A DNA stretch of 56,425 nucleotides, filler included, from Squatina squatina (GCA_031763465.1; 4 parts of 4 records of this genome joined end to end with filler, not necessarily neighbours in it); one strand, 5' to 3'; positions 11,276 to 25,317 are shown, numbered from the whole stretch's first letter. Notes: generated by a model not told the origin, from the letters alone. Numbers and translations: made by a program.

Positions 11276-12230
11276 CTATTGGGATACAAAGTAATCAAGA
11301 GAAATTGGGGTTTGCTATTTCCCCTGGGGGGGGAGTGGGGAAGCACAATGGCAAATTTATTATTGCCACATTGAGTTCCCTACTTATTTTTTTTCCCAAT
11401 ATACCACAGAGCAAACAGTATATATTTTACAGGAGAGGGTTCATATATCAAGGGACACAGGCGACATTAAGGAGTAAGTAGGGTAGTCAGTCAGGCAGAA
11501 CCTCATAAATCAAAGAATGAGAGAGTTATGGAATAAATATCAGGGAATTGTCATAAAGTAGACAGCATAATTAGGTTCAAGAGACAGTGCTGCTGGGCAG
11601 AGAATGGGTTGAGTGATATCATGAGAAATTAATTTTTTGGGGGCCAAACAGCATTGTGGATAAGACTGCTTGAACCATTCTTGGCTCAGATCTAATTGGC
11701 CTAACAATGCATCATCTTAAATTGAAAAACGAATAATGCGTATGTTTTCAGTAGAAGTAAGTATTGGTTTGGGGCAGAAGATGGGTCATCTGCGATTTTA
11801 AAGGACTGTTATAATTTCAGAGCGGGGGGAGCTTTTGGATCAGCTCAATTTCTAGAACAGCACAACACTTTCATTCCACCAGCTGGCACTTGCTCAGGTT
11901 CACAATTCAGCCGCTGTTATATCTGGTCCGACGCAAATCTTTTCCTTGTTTGTTTTTTTTAAATCCTTCAAGTACTCCTTGTTCAGGGCGTTTTGTTTTG
12001 TTTTCAGTTTCGTTAAAGTAGTAGGGAAACCCACACGGAAATGGCCGTTTAGGTGATGCCATCTCACACTGTCCGGGGGACAGAGGCAAGCAAGAAGTGC
12101 TGCTGTTGTCCAGCAGGGAGAAAAGTGGAGGGGTGCATTCGGAGAGAGACTGCACCAGTTCTCTTCCACCCTGTGTGGGCAAGTTAAATGAGGAATAAAG
12201 AGTCTAAGACACAGAGACAAGTGCTCGCCA

Positions 12231-12401
<171 letters not shown>

Positions 12402-12663
12402 CTAACCTTCTTTATAAACAAGATTAAGACAATTCAAATAAGTTGCGACAAGCTATTTTACCAGGGTCGCTCTGCAAAACAATTTGCTACAAACACAGTG
12501 ATATAAAATATCCAGTCTTTTAAATTTTTTTGTGAGCATCTTCATGCTGTAAGTAAATATTTNNNNNNNNNNNNNNNNNNNNNNNNNNNNNNNNNNNNNN
12601 NNNNNNNNNNNNNNNNNNNNNNNNNNNNNNNNNNNNNNNNNNNNNNNNNNNNNNNNNNNNNNA

Positions 12664-12741
12664 AACGGGTCTGTGGTAGAACAAGTCAGCAGCACCAGGT
12701 TCCTGGGGGTGCACATCACTGATGACCTGAACTGGTTCTGA
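12664..12741 (+). mobile_element. Rex1/Babar-like LINE fragment
   Basis: NGSVVEQVSSTRFLGVHITDDLNWF resembles the post-RT motif VERVSSFKFLGVHISEDLSW. Confidence 0.7.
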
Positions 12742-12948
12742 CTTGATCTGTGGAGTACGACATTTCGCTCCCATGTATGTTGTAAGTGTATATGGAAGTG
12801 ACAATAAACTGATTCTGAAAATATCAAAAGCAAGTGACAACTCGGTGCAACTCCTTAAACCACAAACTGCAGCTGAGCTGAACAGACACTAAGGGTGAAC
12901 ATCACATCGTGTGCAGTTCTAACAGCATTTTTAAGAAACCAGCAGTTA

Positions 12949-13143
<195 letters not shown>

Positions 13144-13419
13144 TTAAAAAAACAGCAAGTAAAGGATCAGAGGTAAATAAATTAGAAATAGTCAAACAAA
13201 TAAAGTCTTTTATTTGGTCTGAAATGACGACAAATTTACTCAAGACACTATTAAACAAGAATAAGTGGTTATTGTTTAGCAGTAGATGTGTTCAGAATGA
13301 ACAGTTTTGGCGATCACAACATTAATATTGCTAAAATGTGTTGCACTGTGTGACAAGTAAAACAACTTTCATAGAAACATAGAAAATAGGTGCAGGAGTA
13401 GGCCATTAGGCCCTTCGAG

Positions 13420-13519
13420 NNNNNNNNNNNNNNNNNNNNNNNNNNNNNNNNNNNNNNNNNNNNTTAATTAATTAANNNNNNNNNNNNNNNNNNNNNNNNN
13501 NNNNNNNNNNNNNNNNNNN
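13420..13519. other. Artificial concatenation linker N44-TTAATTAATTAA-N44
   Basis: 12-mer at 13464-13475 with stops in all six frames, centred in exactly 100 nt; found three times. Confidence 0.95.
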
Positions 13520-15519
13520 AGCATTAATGACAACCCTTGTTAGCAAAGAAATACTGAACTTGTAAGATCTGACTGGGGGTATCTGTTGCTAGGAACCGCA
13601 TCACCAAAACACAAGCCATGTTAATGTCGGCATGAGCCAGTGAACACTGTCCACTCACACACTTGTTAAGACACCCCTTACTGCCTGGCAGCTCTGATCA
13701 AAAATTACATTTAAAAACATTCCTCGGTCACATTTATCTTTTAGTTTCCCGACTGACATCTTGTATTATCATTTAAAAAAAATCTAATTAAAAAGAGTAA
13801 AACCCAATACCACAATTTTAAGTTACAGAGGTGGTTTACTTTAAGTGTTTACAGACACTTACATAAACACACAAACAGTTCCCAGCATACTCATCTGTGT
13901 CTGGTGAGTGGAAGACACAAGATATATTTATATTGTAGTAGCTTATTAATATTTAGTAGGAATACATAAATGGCTGAGTCATTCAACACTTTGTTCACAC
14001 AATACTTTGCAGGGATATGAACTATACATTGAATTATTGAGAGCACTGTGGAATTTTGGAGGATATTGTGCATTAGGGATACTTCATTTATATGCTGGCA
14101 GGAGGCCAAAGCCATAGTGGTAATGGAGAAGATGAGGTGGTGCAAGGCAGGCTGTTGGATCATTTTTATGTTGGCATGAATGAATGGTGTGGTTTGTTCC
14201 TGTAGTAAACTTTGGGGTCCAATGTGGAGCATTATTACCATAAGGCAATGGCACAGCCTGTCAAATACATTTGTTACTCAGCAGTCTCATTTGTATAAGT
14301 TATCCAGCGGAGGGTCCTGGGATTGTTACCTCGATTACAGATACACAAAATTTTTTTTGCAATTACCACAGACTCGCAACTCGCGAAACACTGCATTTTA
14401 ATTTGTCACGGGGCTGGTTTACACTTTCAGTTCTGTGAGCCACTGGGAGTGTAAAAGTGCAACAGTGTAATTGCATTTTAATAATGTTTTGATACAATTT
14501 GTGCTACGTTCAGGTTATTCCCGGTATCCAAGGCATCCTGTTCAAGGACTTGAAGCAGATATTCCGGAAAGAGCAATGTGATNNNNNNNNNNNNNNNNNN
14601 NNNNNNNNNNNNNNNNNNNNNNNNNNNNNNNNNNNNNNNNNNNNNNNNNNNNNNNNNNNNNNNNNNNNNNNNNNNNNNNNNNNNNNNNNNNNNNNNNNNN
14701 NNNNNNNNNNNNNNNNNNNNNNNNNNNNNNNNNNNNNNNNNNNNNNNNNNNNNNNNNNNNNNNNNNNNNNNNNNNNNNNNNNNNNNNNNNNNNNNNNNNN
14801 NNNNNNNNNNNNNNNNNNNNNNNNNNNNNNNNNNNNNNNNNNNNNNNNNNNNNNNNNNNNNNNNNNNNNNNNNNNNNNNNNNNNNNNNNNNNNNNNNNNN
14901 NNNNNNNNNNNNNNNNNNNNNNNNNNNNNNNNNNNNNNNNNNNNNNNNNNNNNNNNNNNNNNNNNNNNNNNNNNNNNNNNNNNNNNNNNNNNNNNNNNNN
15001 NNNNNNNNNNNNNNNNNNNNNNNNNNNNNNNNNNNNNNNNNNNNNNNNNNNNNNNNNNNNNNNNNNNNNNNNNNNNNNNNNNNNNNNNNNNNNNNNNNNN
15101 NNNNNNNNNNNNNNNNNNNNNNNNNNNNNNNNNNNNNNNNNNNNNNNNNNNNNNNNNNNNNNNNNNNNNNNNNNNNNNNNNNNNNNNNNNNNNNNNNNNN
15201 NNNNNNNNNNNNNNNNNNNNNNNNNNNNNNNNNNNNNNNNNNNNNNNNNNNNNNNNNNNNNNNNNNNNNNNNNNNNNNNNNNNNNNNNNNNNNNNNNNNN
15301 NNNNNNNNNNNNNNNNNNNNNNNNNNNNNNNNNNNNNNNNNNNNNNNNNNNNNNNNNNNNNNNNNNNNNNNNNNNNNNNNNNNNNNNNNNNNNNNNNNNN
15401 NNNNNNNNNNNNNNNNNNNNNNNNNNNNNNNNNNNNNNNNNNNNNNNNNNNNNNNNNNNNNNNNNNNNNNNNNNNNNNNNNNNNNNNNNNNNNNNNNNNN
15501 NNNNNNNNNNNNNNNNNNN

Positions 15520-15597
15520 CCGAAACGTTGACTCTGTTTTTCTCTCCACAGATGCTGCCTGACCTGCTGAGTTTTTCTAGCAATTTTTGTTTGTATC
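15520..15597 (+). mobile_element. Terminal fragment of a Penelope-like element-associated repeat
   Basis: CCGAAACGTTGACTCTGTTTTCTCTCCACAGATGCTGCCTGACCTGCTGAG resembles an abundant elasmobranch repeat end that I recall as Penelope-associated; the 5' part lies in the gap. Confidence 0.55.
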
Positions 15598-16139
15598 CTC
15601 AACTGTACTTACTTTCTTATCATTGTAATGTTCGTCTTTACCTTCCCCTCGATCCTCGACTGCTCCCAAAGATAAAGTTTTACCTGAAGGAAGTCCCTAC
15701 TGAAGAAGTCTGCTGACATAACCAGAGTAGGTGACCTCCATTTTTCACCTGATTAATCCCTCTGCTTCACATTCCCAACCATTAGATAGTCAAGCCTGTG
15801 TGAGACCTAGCATCTCTACCAGCAAGGCAGGAATTACAAATACAGATCCAAGGTTCAGCCTTGATTTAGAGGTTAATTTTCTAATCCCACAAGAGGTCAC
15901 AATCTTACTGCTCACTTTCATATCTCTGGGTGCTAAATAAAACTGAGATTGCATTAGATAAAATCATGACACTGGTTTTATCAATCTTCAACTTAAAAAT
16001 TCTTTTTATAACAGCACACAAAATTATTTACAGTTTAAATATCTGGGGGCAAAAAGGACAATACTCATTTTTAACCACCTGTTGCATTCAACACTCAACC
16101 AGTAAAGATCATCTTCTAATCATGCTTCGTCATCAAGTT

Positions 16140-16343
16140 CCCCACCTCCAAGTTCCCCTCCAAGTCACATACCATCCTGCCACCCGTTCATCGTCACTGG
16201 GTCAAAATCCTGGAACTCCCTCCATAACAGCACTGTAGGAGCACCTTCACTGCACGGACTGCAGAGGTTCAAGAAGGTGGCTCACCATTTAAAGGGCAAT
16301 TAGGGATGGGCAATGCCCACATCCCAGGAATGAATAAAAAAAA
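16140..16343 (+). mobile_element. Non-LTR retrotransposon 3' end with poly(A)
   Basis: GGGTCAAAATCCTGGAACTCCCT..GGACTGCAGAGGTTCAAGAAGG..GGGCAATTAGGGATGGGCAAT..GAATAAAAAAAA; CR1/L2-clade-like C-terminus (WNSL). Confidence 0.65.
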
Positions 16344-19300
16344 GTCACTGTCCCTGACAAGCAGGGAAAAAGCAGCATTTTATCTTAAGTTGGACACTGT
16401 TTTGCATTCAGATATTTTGGTGCATCTCAAATTCTAATACGATTTAAAGAGTTTTTTTGTCCCTTTACATATACATTGGACATTTAGGCGACATTCACAC
16501 ATGTATAACATAATTTTTATTTTCATTAGTGTGAAATATCATCTTCAGGGACTGTAAAAATACCAACTAGACCCACTGAGTGATGGGAGGTTAGTTTTTT
16601 ATGGCAGCAGACTGTTCATTCTGGATTCGACACGACGTGCATTTCAAATTGTTAGTGCACACTTTGCCTGACATGTTTGAGGTNNNNNNNNNNTAAATTA
16701 TTCCCTTTCCTAGACTGTTAGTTAGTGATCCCAGATTTCTACATTTGCTAAGCAGCAGAACTGGCAAAAAGTGTTTCTCCTGAGCATATTGACTTTGCAA
16801 AGTGAAACCAATGCATGGACAGACCACATATTGATGCCAAATTTACCTTTGAGAATACAATGTAACTATAATAACTAGTAGCAGTGCAGTATAACTTGAT
16901 TTTTAAAAATTAGATATTCAGAGTTCCCATTTCCCTGCGAATGCTTAGCACTCTGCAAACTTTACTAATTAACAAGAGCCACTTTGTAGTGAAAAACAGA
17001 CAACTTCCATATAAAGCAGCACAAGGCTTCTGTTTTGTAAAGTCCTTTTCTAACATTCTTTAAATGAAACACATCAGTACTCAAGAACAAAGTGNNNNNN
17101 NNNNCTGGTGGAATGGGTGGACACATGGCAGATGAAACTTAACGCAGAAAAGTGTAAAATAAATACAGAACTCAATGGGTCAGGAAAATGAATATTGAAA
17201 GAAGGTTGTTTTACAAAGGAAGCCTAAAATTAAGCAGCCAGTTTTGACTTGTATCCAATTTATCCAATAATGCTGCAACTGTGTAATCTCCTGTGCATTC
17301 CCCCAAATCATAGCCTACAATTCACTGCAGATAACTGTAGAAATACTGCACTGACAGAACATCAGTTGTGGCCACAGCCATTTTGTTATTTAGAGATAAT
17401 TTTCATTTGAATGGATGAATTACAGGTTAATTCACATAAAATAACATTAGGCTATTATTGTGATGTAAACCCTCTCCCCACCACTCCAGCTAACATAGCC
17501 AACCAGCAAATTTGAAGAAACAGCTTGAATCTCAGTGTCAAAGTGGGTAAAAGGTGATAGATTATTGGCACACAGCAGTTAGTGCCAGAAAGATGTTAGG
17601 AGTGCTAACTGGTTTGAACATATGGAGCTGTGTTAATTCTTAAGAGTGGCATACATCAAAATTGGCTCTATTTTAAAACTATTGTGTCATCCCTTGTGAG
17701 GGACACTTGGCGAGACTGCTGGCAGCAGCAGGGCCCAAAAGTCAAAGACAGTATATGTGAAACAAGAATAGAAACAGGAAGAGAATGCTGCTGTCATGAC
17801 CAAACTCTTCAATGTTTCAGANNNNNNNNNNNNNNNNNNNNNNNNNNNNNNNNNNNNNNNNNNNNNNNNNNNNNNNNNNNNNNNNNNNNNNNNNNNNNNN
17901 NNNNNNNNNNNNNNNNNNNNNTTTCATACAGCATACTCCCCATTTCTTTTTATTTAAATTACAATATCTCCTATCTATTGGGACAGAATCTTGTTTTAAT
18001 AGCATATTTTCAGTGGATATCTGCCATTTAGGCTCTTTGCTTCACTGCTGAGCAGCTCCAGTGACATTATTGGGCAGCCAGTGCAGGCATTTCACAGACA
18101 CCACTAATACTTTCATACAGAATCCAGTACAGCTAAGCCCAATTTCAACGAATATCCAATAAAAAGTTAAGAGAATAAAATCTCAATGCACGAATCCCTG
18201 TTCTATCTTTTCCAATGATAGCTGTCTCTGTTATGTGAATAAGTTAAATGATTAAAACATAGAAATGAACTTGAATGAAAGTATGGATTTATTTATTTAG
18301 TCATTGTACTGCTTCTCTAAAGCCAATGTGTACAGCCCTCTTTTGCCAATCAATCTTTTTACAAGTGTTTTTGTCTAGATGTGAACAAAAAATGACCTAT
18401 GACCTAGTAACCTAGTTACATTAACGTTTCCGAGTCTTTTTAACCTTATTAGATGCTCGGGTTCAAGCAATTTTAGCAATCAACGTGACGAGCATTTTTG
18501 TTTAGGTGTGAAAACCATCACATCAAGTGATAATGTTCAAACTTGGTGATGCTTCTAGCTTTACCCATGTTTTAGCAGCGCACAAACCCTTTGGCAACAA
18601 ACTGTATTGCTAGATGTCATTCATTTTTTTAAAAAATCCTTTTTCAAAATTTTTTTTAAGTCCTTTTGTTAATGATTGGTTATGCTGTACTGTAATGTGT
18701 GTATTGTAATGAAGCAAGTGACAGATACACTTTCAGTTATCCGTAACAACTGTATCCTCATTTTTATAGTACTGTAATTGCAATCAGTTTGCATTCCATT
18801 GTTAGCTTCTTGCCAAACTTCATAATAGATAAAACAATAGAATGATTAAGTAAATAAAATTACTGGCAAAATCATGATCCATTTTGCACTGTATTTGATT
18901 ATGGAATGATACTTCAAAAGTTTGATTAAAATCCAGTGAAGAAATAAAGGAATCAAAATATTAACTTGCTCCCTTTCCTATTCTAATTATATCTGCTGCC
19001 CTCCTTTAAGGTCTTCCTAAGCCATCCATCTTTCTCCAGTAGGCAGCCAACATGCTCCCATGTCAGGGATACTTAAACCACAAAGGGAGTGAGTGTGGCC
19101 TCAGGAGGCATGGCTGCTTATTTTCCCCTATGAGNNNNNNNNNNNNNNNNNNNNNNNNNNNNNNNNNNNNNNNNNNNNNNNNNNNNNNNNNNNNNNNNNN
19201 NNNNNNNNNNNNNNNNNNNNNNNNNNNNNNNNNNTGACTGAGCATACAGTAATTCAGGCAGCCATTAGCAGCTGGGAATCAGTGTACAGGTAGAGAATCC

Positions 19301-19978
19301 AGTCGGACTCATAGCTCTATATTCCAAGACCATACAAGAAGTGGCTGACTCCATTAAACCACCCAACTGTTAAAACAGGATACAGCCTGCTGCCTTCTAT
19401 TTTTTTTTTTAAAAAAGCATTTTTCATAAACCACTGCACCTGTGTTCCAAGAAACACATCACCAACAAGTAATCTTTGTTGCATGACTGTTGGAAGCACT
19501 ACTTCACTGAGATTTACTCTACTGAGTTTTAAACCAACATCTCCGTCAGAGAGGTTATTTATGGTGATTTATTGTTCATGAGCAAGGCTGCACTGAGTAA
19601 AGATTCTTCTGTTATATGCAGGTAATACATTTTTCATTAATTCAGTCAACACAGGAAACAGAAATCCAACACATTTGAGCATTAATCCCATTAATCAGAG
19701 TGGAAATTGCTGCTGTCATCTAGAGTGAAGCGTGTTATGGAGCCCCATCCAGCAAATTGCCAGTAGATTAAATTCAACCAGTCTGTTCCGTGTTCATTTC
19801 TTTGATATGTGATTGTGCTCAGGGAGGGGGTCTATTTTGTGCTCACAAACTACATACCTTTAATATATACACTAAACANNNNNNNNNNNNNNNNNNNNNN
19901 NNNNNNNNNNNNNNNNNNNNNNNNNNNNNNNNNNNNNNNNNNNNNNNNNNNNNNNNNNNNNNNNNNNNNNNNNNNNNN

Positions 19979-21397
19979 GGAGGTCTTGGTGCATGAAGAG
20001 TGGTCCTTTTTCTATAGGGGGCTAAGAGGCCCTTCAGGCAAATGTGTAAAACCCAGTGGAGCAGATAGCCACTGTGGTGAATGCCAACATTATAACCCAG
20101 AGGACCTGGACGCAGTGCAAGAAATAGTTTGATGACCTCACACAAGTGGTCAAGGAAAATGAATTCATCTGCAAATGCCATATCCCACCTTCTGCACCAC
20201 TAACATCACACATTGCTCAATGTACTACACCATCATCACTCACCTACCAACAATCTCGACCAAAAATGACTCATACCTCACATTCATAGCATCGCCTCAC
20301 CCTGAGACATTTACCACTGCTGAAAGCCTCACACCCACATCTCTCAGCCTGCACACACTATCAGCTATTCAACCATGACAGGCATGTCATCCAAACACAT
20401 TGCACCACAGTCAATAACACACGTCCCTTCCTCTTGCAGGAAAAGGTGGCCCATAACTGGTGCCAGGAGGACCTAATCAGCGGGAGACAGGTGTGCCTGC
20501 ATAAGCTGACCTCCAAGGAGGAGATGGTGCTTGTTATTCTTGGGAGAGGCATGCTTCATCCATCGCCAGCAGCAGGGCTGAAAGAGTACAAGATACCAGT
20601 ATCCTCATACGTAATCCTCCTTCTCACATCCCACTTACCCCTCATCCCACAATCTCTTCTGATTTACAAGCTGCATGTGGTGTAAGCATGCACCTCTTGC
20701 TTTCCCCCGTCCCTACCCTCACCACAACATTACCCTTGTGCCTTTCTCCTTTCAGATAGCCGAGAACAGACACCTGGCCAGGAACTGATAGAGGAGCATG
20801 AAATAGAAGAATAATGAGGAACTGATGATGAAAACACAGTGCTCTGGTACCGGCTCAGATACTGACACTCTGCGTAGTTTAGAGGATAGGTTAGTGGCAG
20901 GATCTGCAAGTGGTGAGACAATGGGCATGAGTGGCCTGCAGCCAGGGCAGGGGGCAAGGGTAGCACTGGTCCCAGCTCCCCATGAGTTCTGCTGCAGAGG
21001 ACTCATATGAGAACTTCGAAGGGGTGGTCAACAGAAGAACGTTGATGGGTATGCACAATTAAATTCTTGGTACATTGGCAGGCCTGCCAGAAAGCCTGAG
21101 AGCAATGATAAGGAGCATGGAGNNNNNNNNNNTCTGGTACCAACCTTGCACAGAGCTTTGCGCAGAGCTTGGAGCCCATGATTTCCAGCGCGGGTGTCAG
21201 ATCAGCATTGCACACTCATTGATGTCACAATTTTCCCACTCAACATACTTCTGGTGCACGCTCCAACTACCTTAATCAGATGGTATCTGGCGCTGCGTGC
21301 AGCATAAGTGTGTGCCGCCACATAGATGTCATTTTGGCACAAAACGTCACTCGTAACGCCAAAAAAATCAGGTGCTATGGAGCCGCATTTCTAGCCC
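19979..21397 (+). mobile_element. Decayed PIF/Harbinger transposon: intron-containing Myb/SANT-like gene relic plus right terminus
   Basis: Part 1 reads EQIATVVNANIITQRTWTQCKK*FDDLTQVVK (trihelix RT..QC.KKF.DL motif, TAG at 20125). Part 2 follows ctcttgcag at 20440: EKVAHNWCQEDLISGRQVCLHKLTSKEEMVLVILG. Part 3 follows ctttcag at 20756 and is acidic, then helical, with stops. Terminus CATTTCTAGCCC ends at 21397. Confidence 0.75.
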
Positions 21398-22699
21398 TTT
21401 GAGTTTCTGGAGTGTTTTATCAATTTTGTTACATTTTCATCCTGTGGATTCTGTTGTCAAAATATTTGTGCGGACTGTGGCTCAGCTTCCGCTAGTTGAA
21501 ACAGTTAAATTATTCCCAATGCAGAAATGTTGCACTTGCAACCTTTTCCTTAAGTGTCTCATCAGTACTTATATAATAAAATGCAGCAATATCACAAGAT
21601 TACATATTGATTACACAGATTTGTTTTTGATACTTCTATTTGTCAATGCCTAAACACTCAACCATGAAACGTCAAATTGGAAAATTTTCAACATTGGCAA
21701 TAAAACATATCACGAGGAACATCACTGGGAACATGGCTATGAGAGACAGCAGCTACGTTTGGTCAGCTCTTAGAGTAAGATGTGCCAGTTCAGTGAGTCT
21801 CTCTCTATACATGGCGTAATGTGACAGTAAGCTCTGGGGCTCAAGCAAACATCTTATGCTACCAATGTGTTTAACTGCAAGAGCTTTCAACTGGAAAGCA
21901 AGCAACCTGTACCAGCTCATTCAATAGTAATGAAAGTGTGGTAACACTGCAGTGGCACAGTGGAAACTCATTAAATCCCATAAATATTCAACAAGTGACC
22001 TGACCTCACAACCCACAAGTGACCTTGCTCAGGAGACTGTTAAGGTCAGCCTGCGAGGTCAATATTTATTGCCTTCATACCAGTTTGCACTGAATAATCA
22101 ATTCACTTCATATCTTTTAAAGCTGTTTTTTAAACTATTTCTAATCTTCTAAAATTTTCAGACTGAACTTTTGTTGCCGAGATGGTGGAATGGTACTCGA
22201 CTATCACAATAAGGGTAGGAGTGGGAAGTGGTTGGTGGGGGGGTGGTTCCTTCTAGAAATGCTTTCATTTTAGTTTCGGTCAGGTTACTGTGGAGATGAC
22301 CAAGTAAGGTGCTGCATGAGGCGATAGAGAGTGGCTACCCACAAAGAGAGAGCAGAAGCTGTAGCAAACCATCGCTGAAGATTAGGTGATTTATTACAGG
22401 AAACTTGCCTGGAAATAATAAAGGAAGTTGCAAATAAAGCACAGTTTAAAGTGCTGTGCTACTCCAAATCTAATTTCCACATAACATGCAAAAAGAATGA
22501 TATTTAAAATATCCTGATCAACATATCCAAAGGAGAAGCAATTGCCTATTCTCAGCAGCACTCCTGCTGGCAAGATTAGCTCTTCTGTCAATTCACAACT
22601 CCCCTCACACACAAAGCCTCAATTCCAGCCAGTGCCTGAAAACTGGCCTTGTGCGGCAAGAGAGCTAGTGGTAAAATGGGAACAAGTTCAGAAATCAGG

Positions 22700-22755
22700 G
22701 TAATCCTTTCACAGTGGATAGAGAACTGGTTGGCAGACAGGAAGCAAAGAGTAGG
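22700..22755 (+). mobile_element. CR1 RT fragment
   Basis: WIENWLADRKQRV motif. Confidence 0.75.
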
Positions 22756-25317
22756 NNNNNNNNNNNNNNNNNNNNNNNNNNNNNNNNNNNNNNNNNNNNN
22801 NNNNNNNNNNNNNNNNNNNNNNNNNNNNNNNNNNNNNNNNNNNNNNNNNNNNNNNAATTAATGGACCTAAAATCATAGATGCAAGATCTGTAAACTTGTT
22901 TTTCTACCTACTAACAGTGTTGAAATCGAGACTCAACAGTTTCCTGTTCCAACTCATTCTATGTCAATTATGGACCCCAAAATTATGACATTCGTGCCTT
23001 CCTTGGTCTTACCCTCCTCCTAAAATCTAGAGGCTTTTACAACCTATGGTAGGTATTATCAAATCGCTACTTCTTGATTTGGCTCATCTTTTTGTGGGTC
23101 ATGTCTGCATTCCCATGCTTCCAGCAGGGATTGGCCCTTGAAGGGGCAGATTGCAGGAAATCATGGGTGCACGGCCCTTGATTTTCTGTGACACACACCC
23201 TGCAAGGGCCATTTCCCAATGGGAGGGAAGGAAGGTAGGAGTGTGGAAATGACCTTTACTCTTTCACTTTGGTGTTGTTCTGTCATGCCAGCCTTGGCCC
23301 TTAAGGTTTTGTTTAACCCAGTCTCCAAAATGAAAAGGATGTCATAGAGCTTTTGTTTTAATGTTATAAGTGACACAACAACAGAGTATACTCAGACACA
23401 ACTGAAAGAAGGACAGAAGTATCAGAAATTTAGCCCTGGGATTTGTGGAGGAGAGAGAAAGGGAAATAGAAAAAGTACAAACAAATAAATGTTTGGATTT
23501 CAAGTATTATGCAATCCAGTACAGCTGGAGTGTAGGAAACAAAACCAAACAGATTTCTCCTATTTGCCTGTATTGGCAGCCTGCTGGGTAAAACAGCTGA
23601 AGTAATAAGCGCCACACACTGCCTATAAAGCAAGTGTTCCAGCCATCTGTGCTGTTGAGGGATGACTACAGGGAACAGAAACATATCCAATTTAAAACTA
23701 GGTGTGTTGGTTTTTAATTGCTTCTCGGTACATGTCAGTATTTTATATGTCAGTATTTTACAATGAAAAGCAAAACAACATAACTGTCAAATAGTGTCAC
23801 ATCCTTATTCCAGAAAGCATCAGGGGTTCAATCTGAAACTGTATTAATTAGTGGAATCTTCAGGGTGGAGAAAGAGGTATTGGGTAACACGTGTTGTTCA
23901 TATGAGTTGTTTTTTCATCCTTTAGAATTAGAGAGTAATGTCAAAAGAGACGGCAATTCGATTGCCCTGAGTTACTGGCGCTAAGGTACAAATTGGTGAG
24001 CGCTAAGTTCCGATCTTTGAACTCTCACTTTAAGGTCTGCAATTTGACACTTTGAAAAAAAATTTCAGACAGCTTTAAAAAACATGCTAATTTCAGCACT
24101 GATTATCTTANNNNNNNNNNNNNNNNNNNNNNNNNNNNNNNNNNNNNNNNNNNNNNNNNNNNNNNNNNNNNNNNNNNNNNNNNNNNNNNNNNNNNNNNNN
24201 NNNNNNNNNNTGTAGAGACCGTACTTGTGTCAAATGAATTAAAATCAACTGTAGGTACTAGCAGATTATGCGTGGACACATAACACTTCCTGTAAATTTG
24301 CTATAAAACTGCCTCTTTTCTGCTTCTTTGGTCACTTCAGTTGGCATATAGGGCTACATAATTGTTACACAATAGTGCCAGTATTTTGCTCAAACTAGTA
24401 TAAACCTCTCACCACTGACAAAAACTTGATCACCATCTCAGCCTTCAAATTCCTCAGGCAGTGCCAACTCCCTGAAAGTAAGGGCTGATATAAGTCCTAA
24501 GAAACATTCAGTAATCTGTAAAGGTTAAAATGTTGTGTGATTGGCTTAAAATCCATCATGTGTGAAGATATTTTTCATTATTATCTGCTAATGATCTCAG
24601 TGGGCAAATAATCTTCAATGCGTGACATTCAAAGTCAATAGAGCAGAGACCATTGGCCATTAACATCACAAAGTACAGGTTATTATTGAGTCCAAGAGTG
24701 TAATAAAGCAAATATTGACAGTATGGTTCAGAGACTGCAAGGTAAATGGTTACATAACTGACCTCAAAAATGCAATAATGCCCTTCGCCATTCTAATACA
24801 CATTCTCACTTCTGTAAATCTTGGGTCAATAACTTGCTGGTATACCCCTCAACTGCAGTCAATATTTGTACAATATTGATTACTGTGTAATACTACAGCC
24901 TGTGGTGTTTTCACGGAACTTAAGATGATCTCTGATATATCAGGCTTTCTTACAGGAATAAATCTGTACCAGAAGCAATTTAACAAAAATGCTTCTGATT
25001 TCAGTGCCAAAAATGGCTTCCTGGTTCTGACAATTGGTTTTCAATACAATGNNNNNNNNNNNNNNNNNNNNNNNNNNNNNNNNNNNNNNNNNNNNNNNNN
25101 NNNNNNNNNNNNNNNNNNNNNNNNNNNNNNNNNNNNNNNNNNNNNNNNNNNGAAGTAACATTGGTTTCAATGTAAGTGTACGTGAAAATTTTAAGTAACT
25201 CAAACAAATGATCATTATTTTACAAAACATGAGAAACAGCATTCTGAATACTATTGCAACAACATTCAAACCATTTTGTCAATGAGTGTTTCAAACTATG
25301 CTATGACATCAGCTCAC

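Noticed and set aside
13464-13475. TTAATTAATTAA as a palindromic regulatory site or repeat
   Set aside because: Centred in Ns and identical three times, so it is an artificial linker.
14478-15716. Long ORFs of 317-405 aa in the ORF track
   Set aside because: Almost entirely X from a 937-N gap; the same applies to every ORF spanning a 100-N gap.
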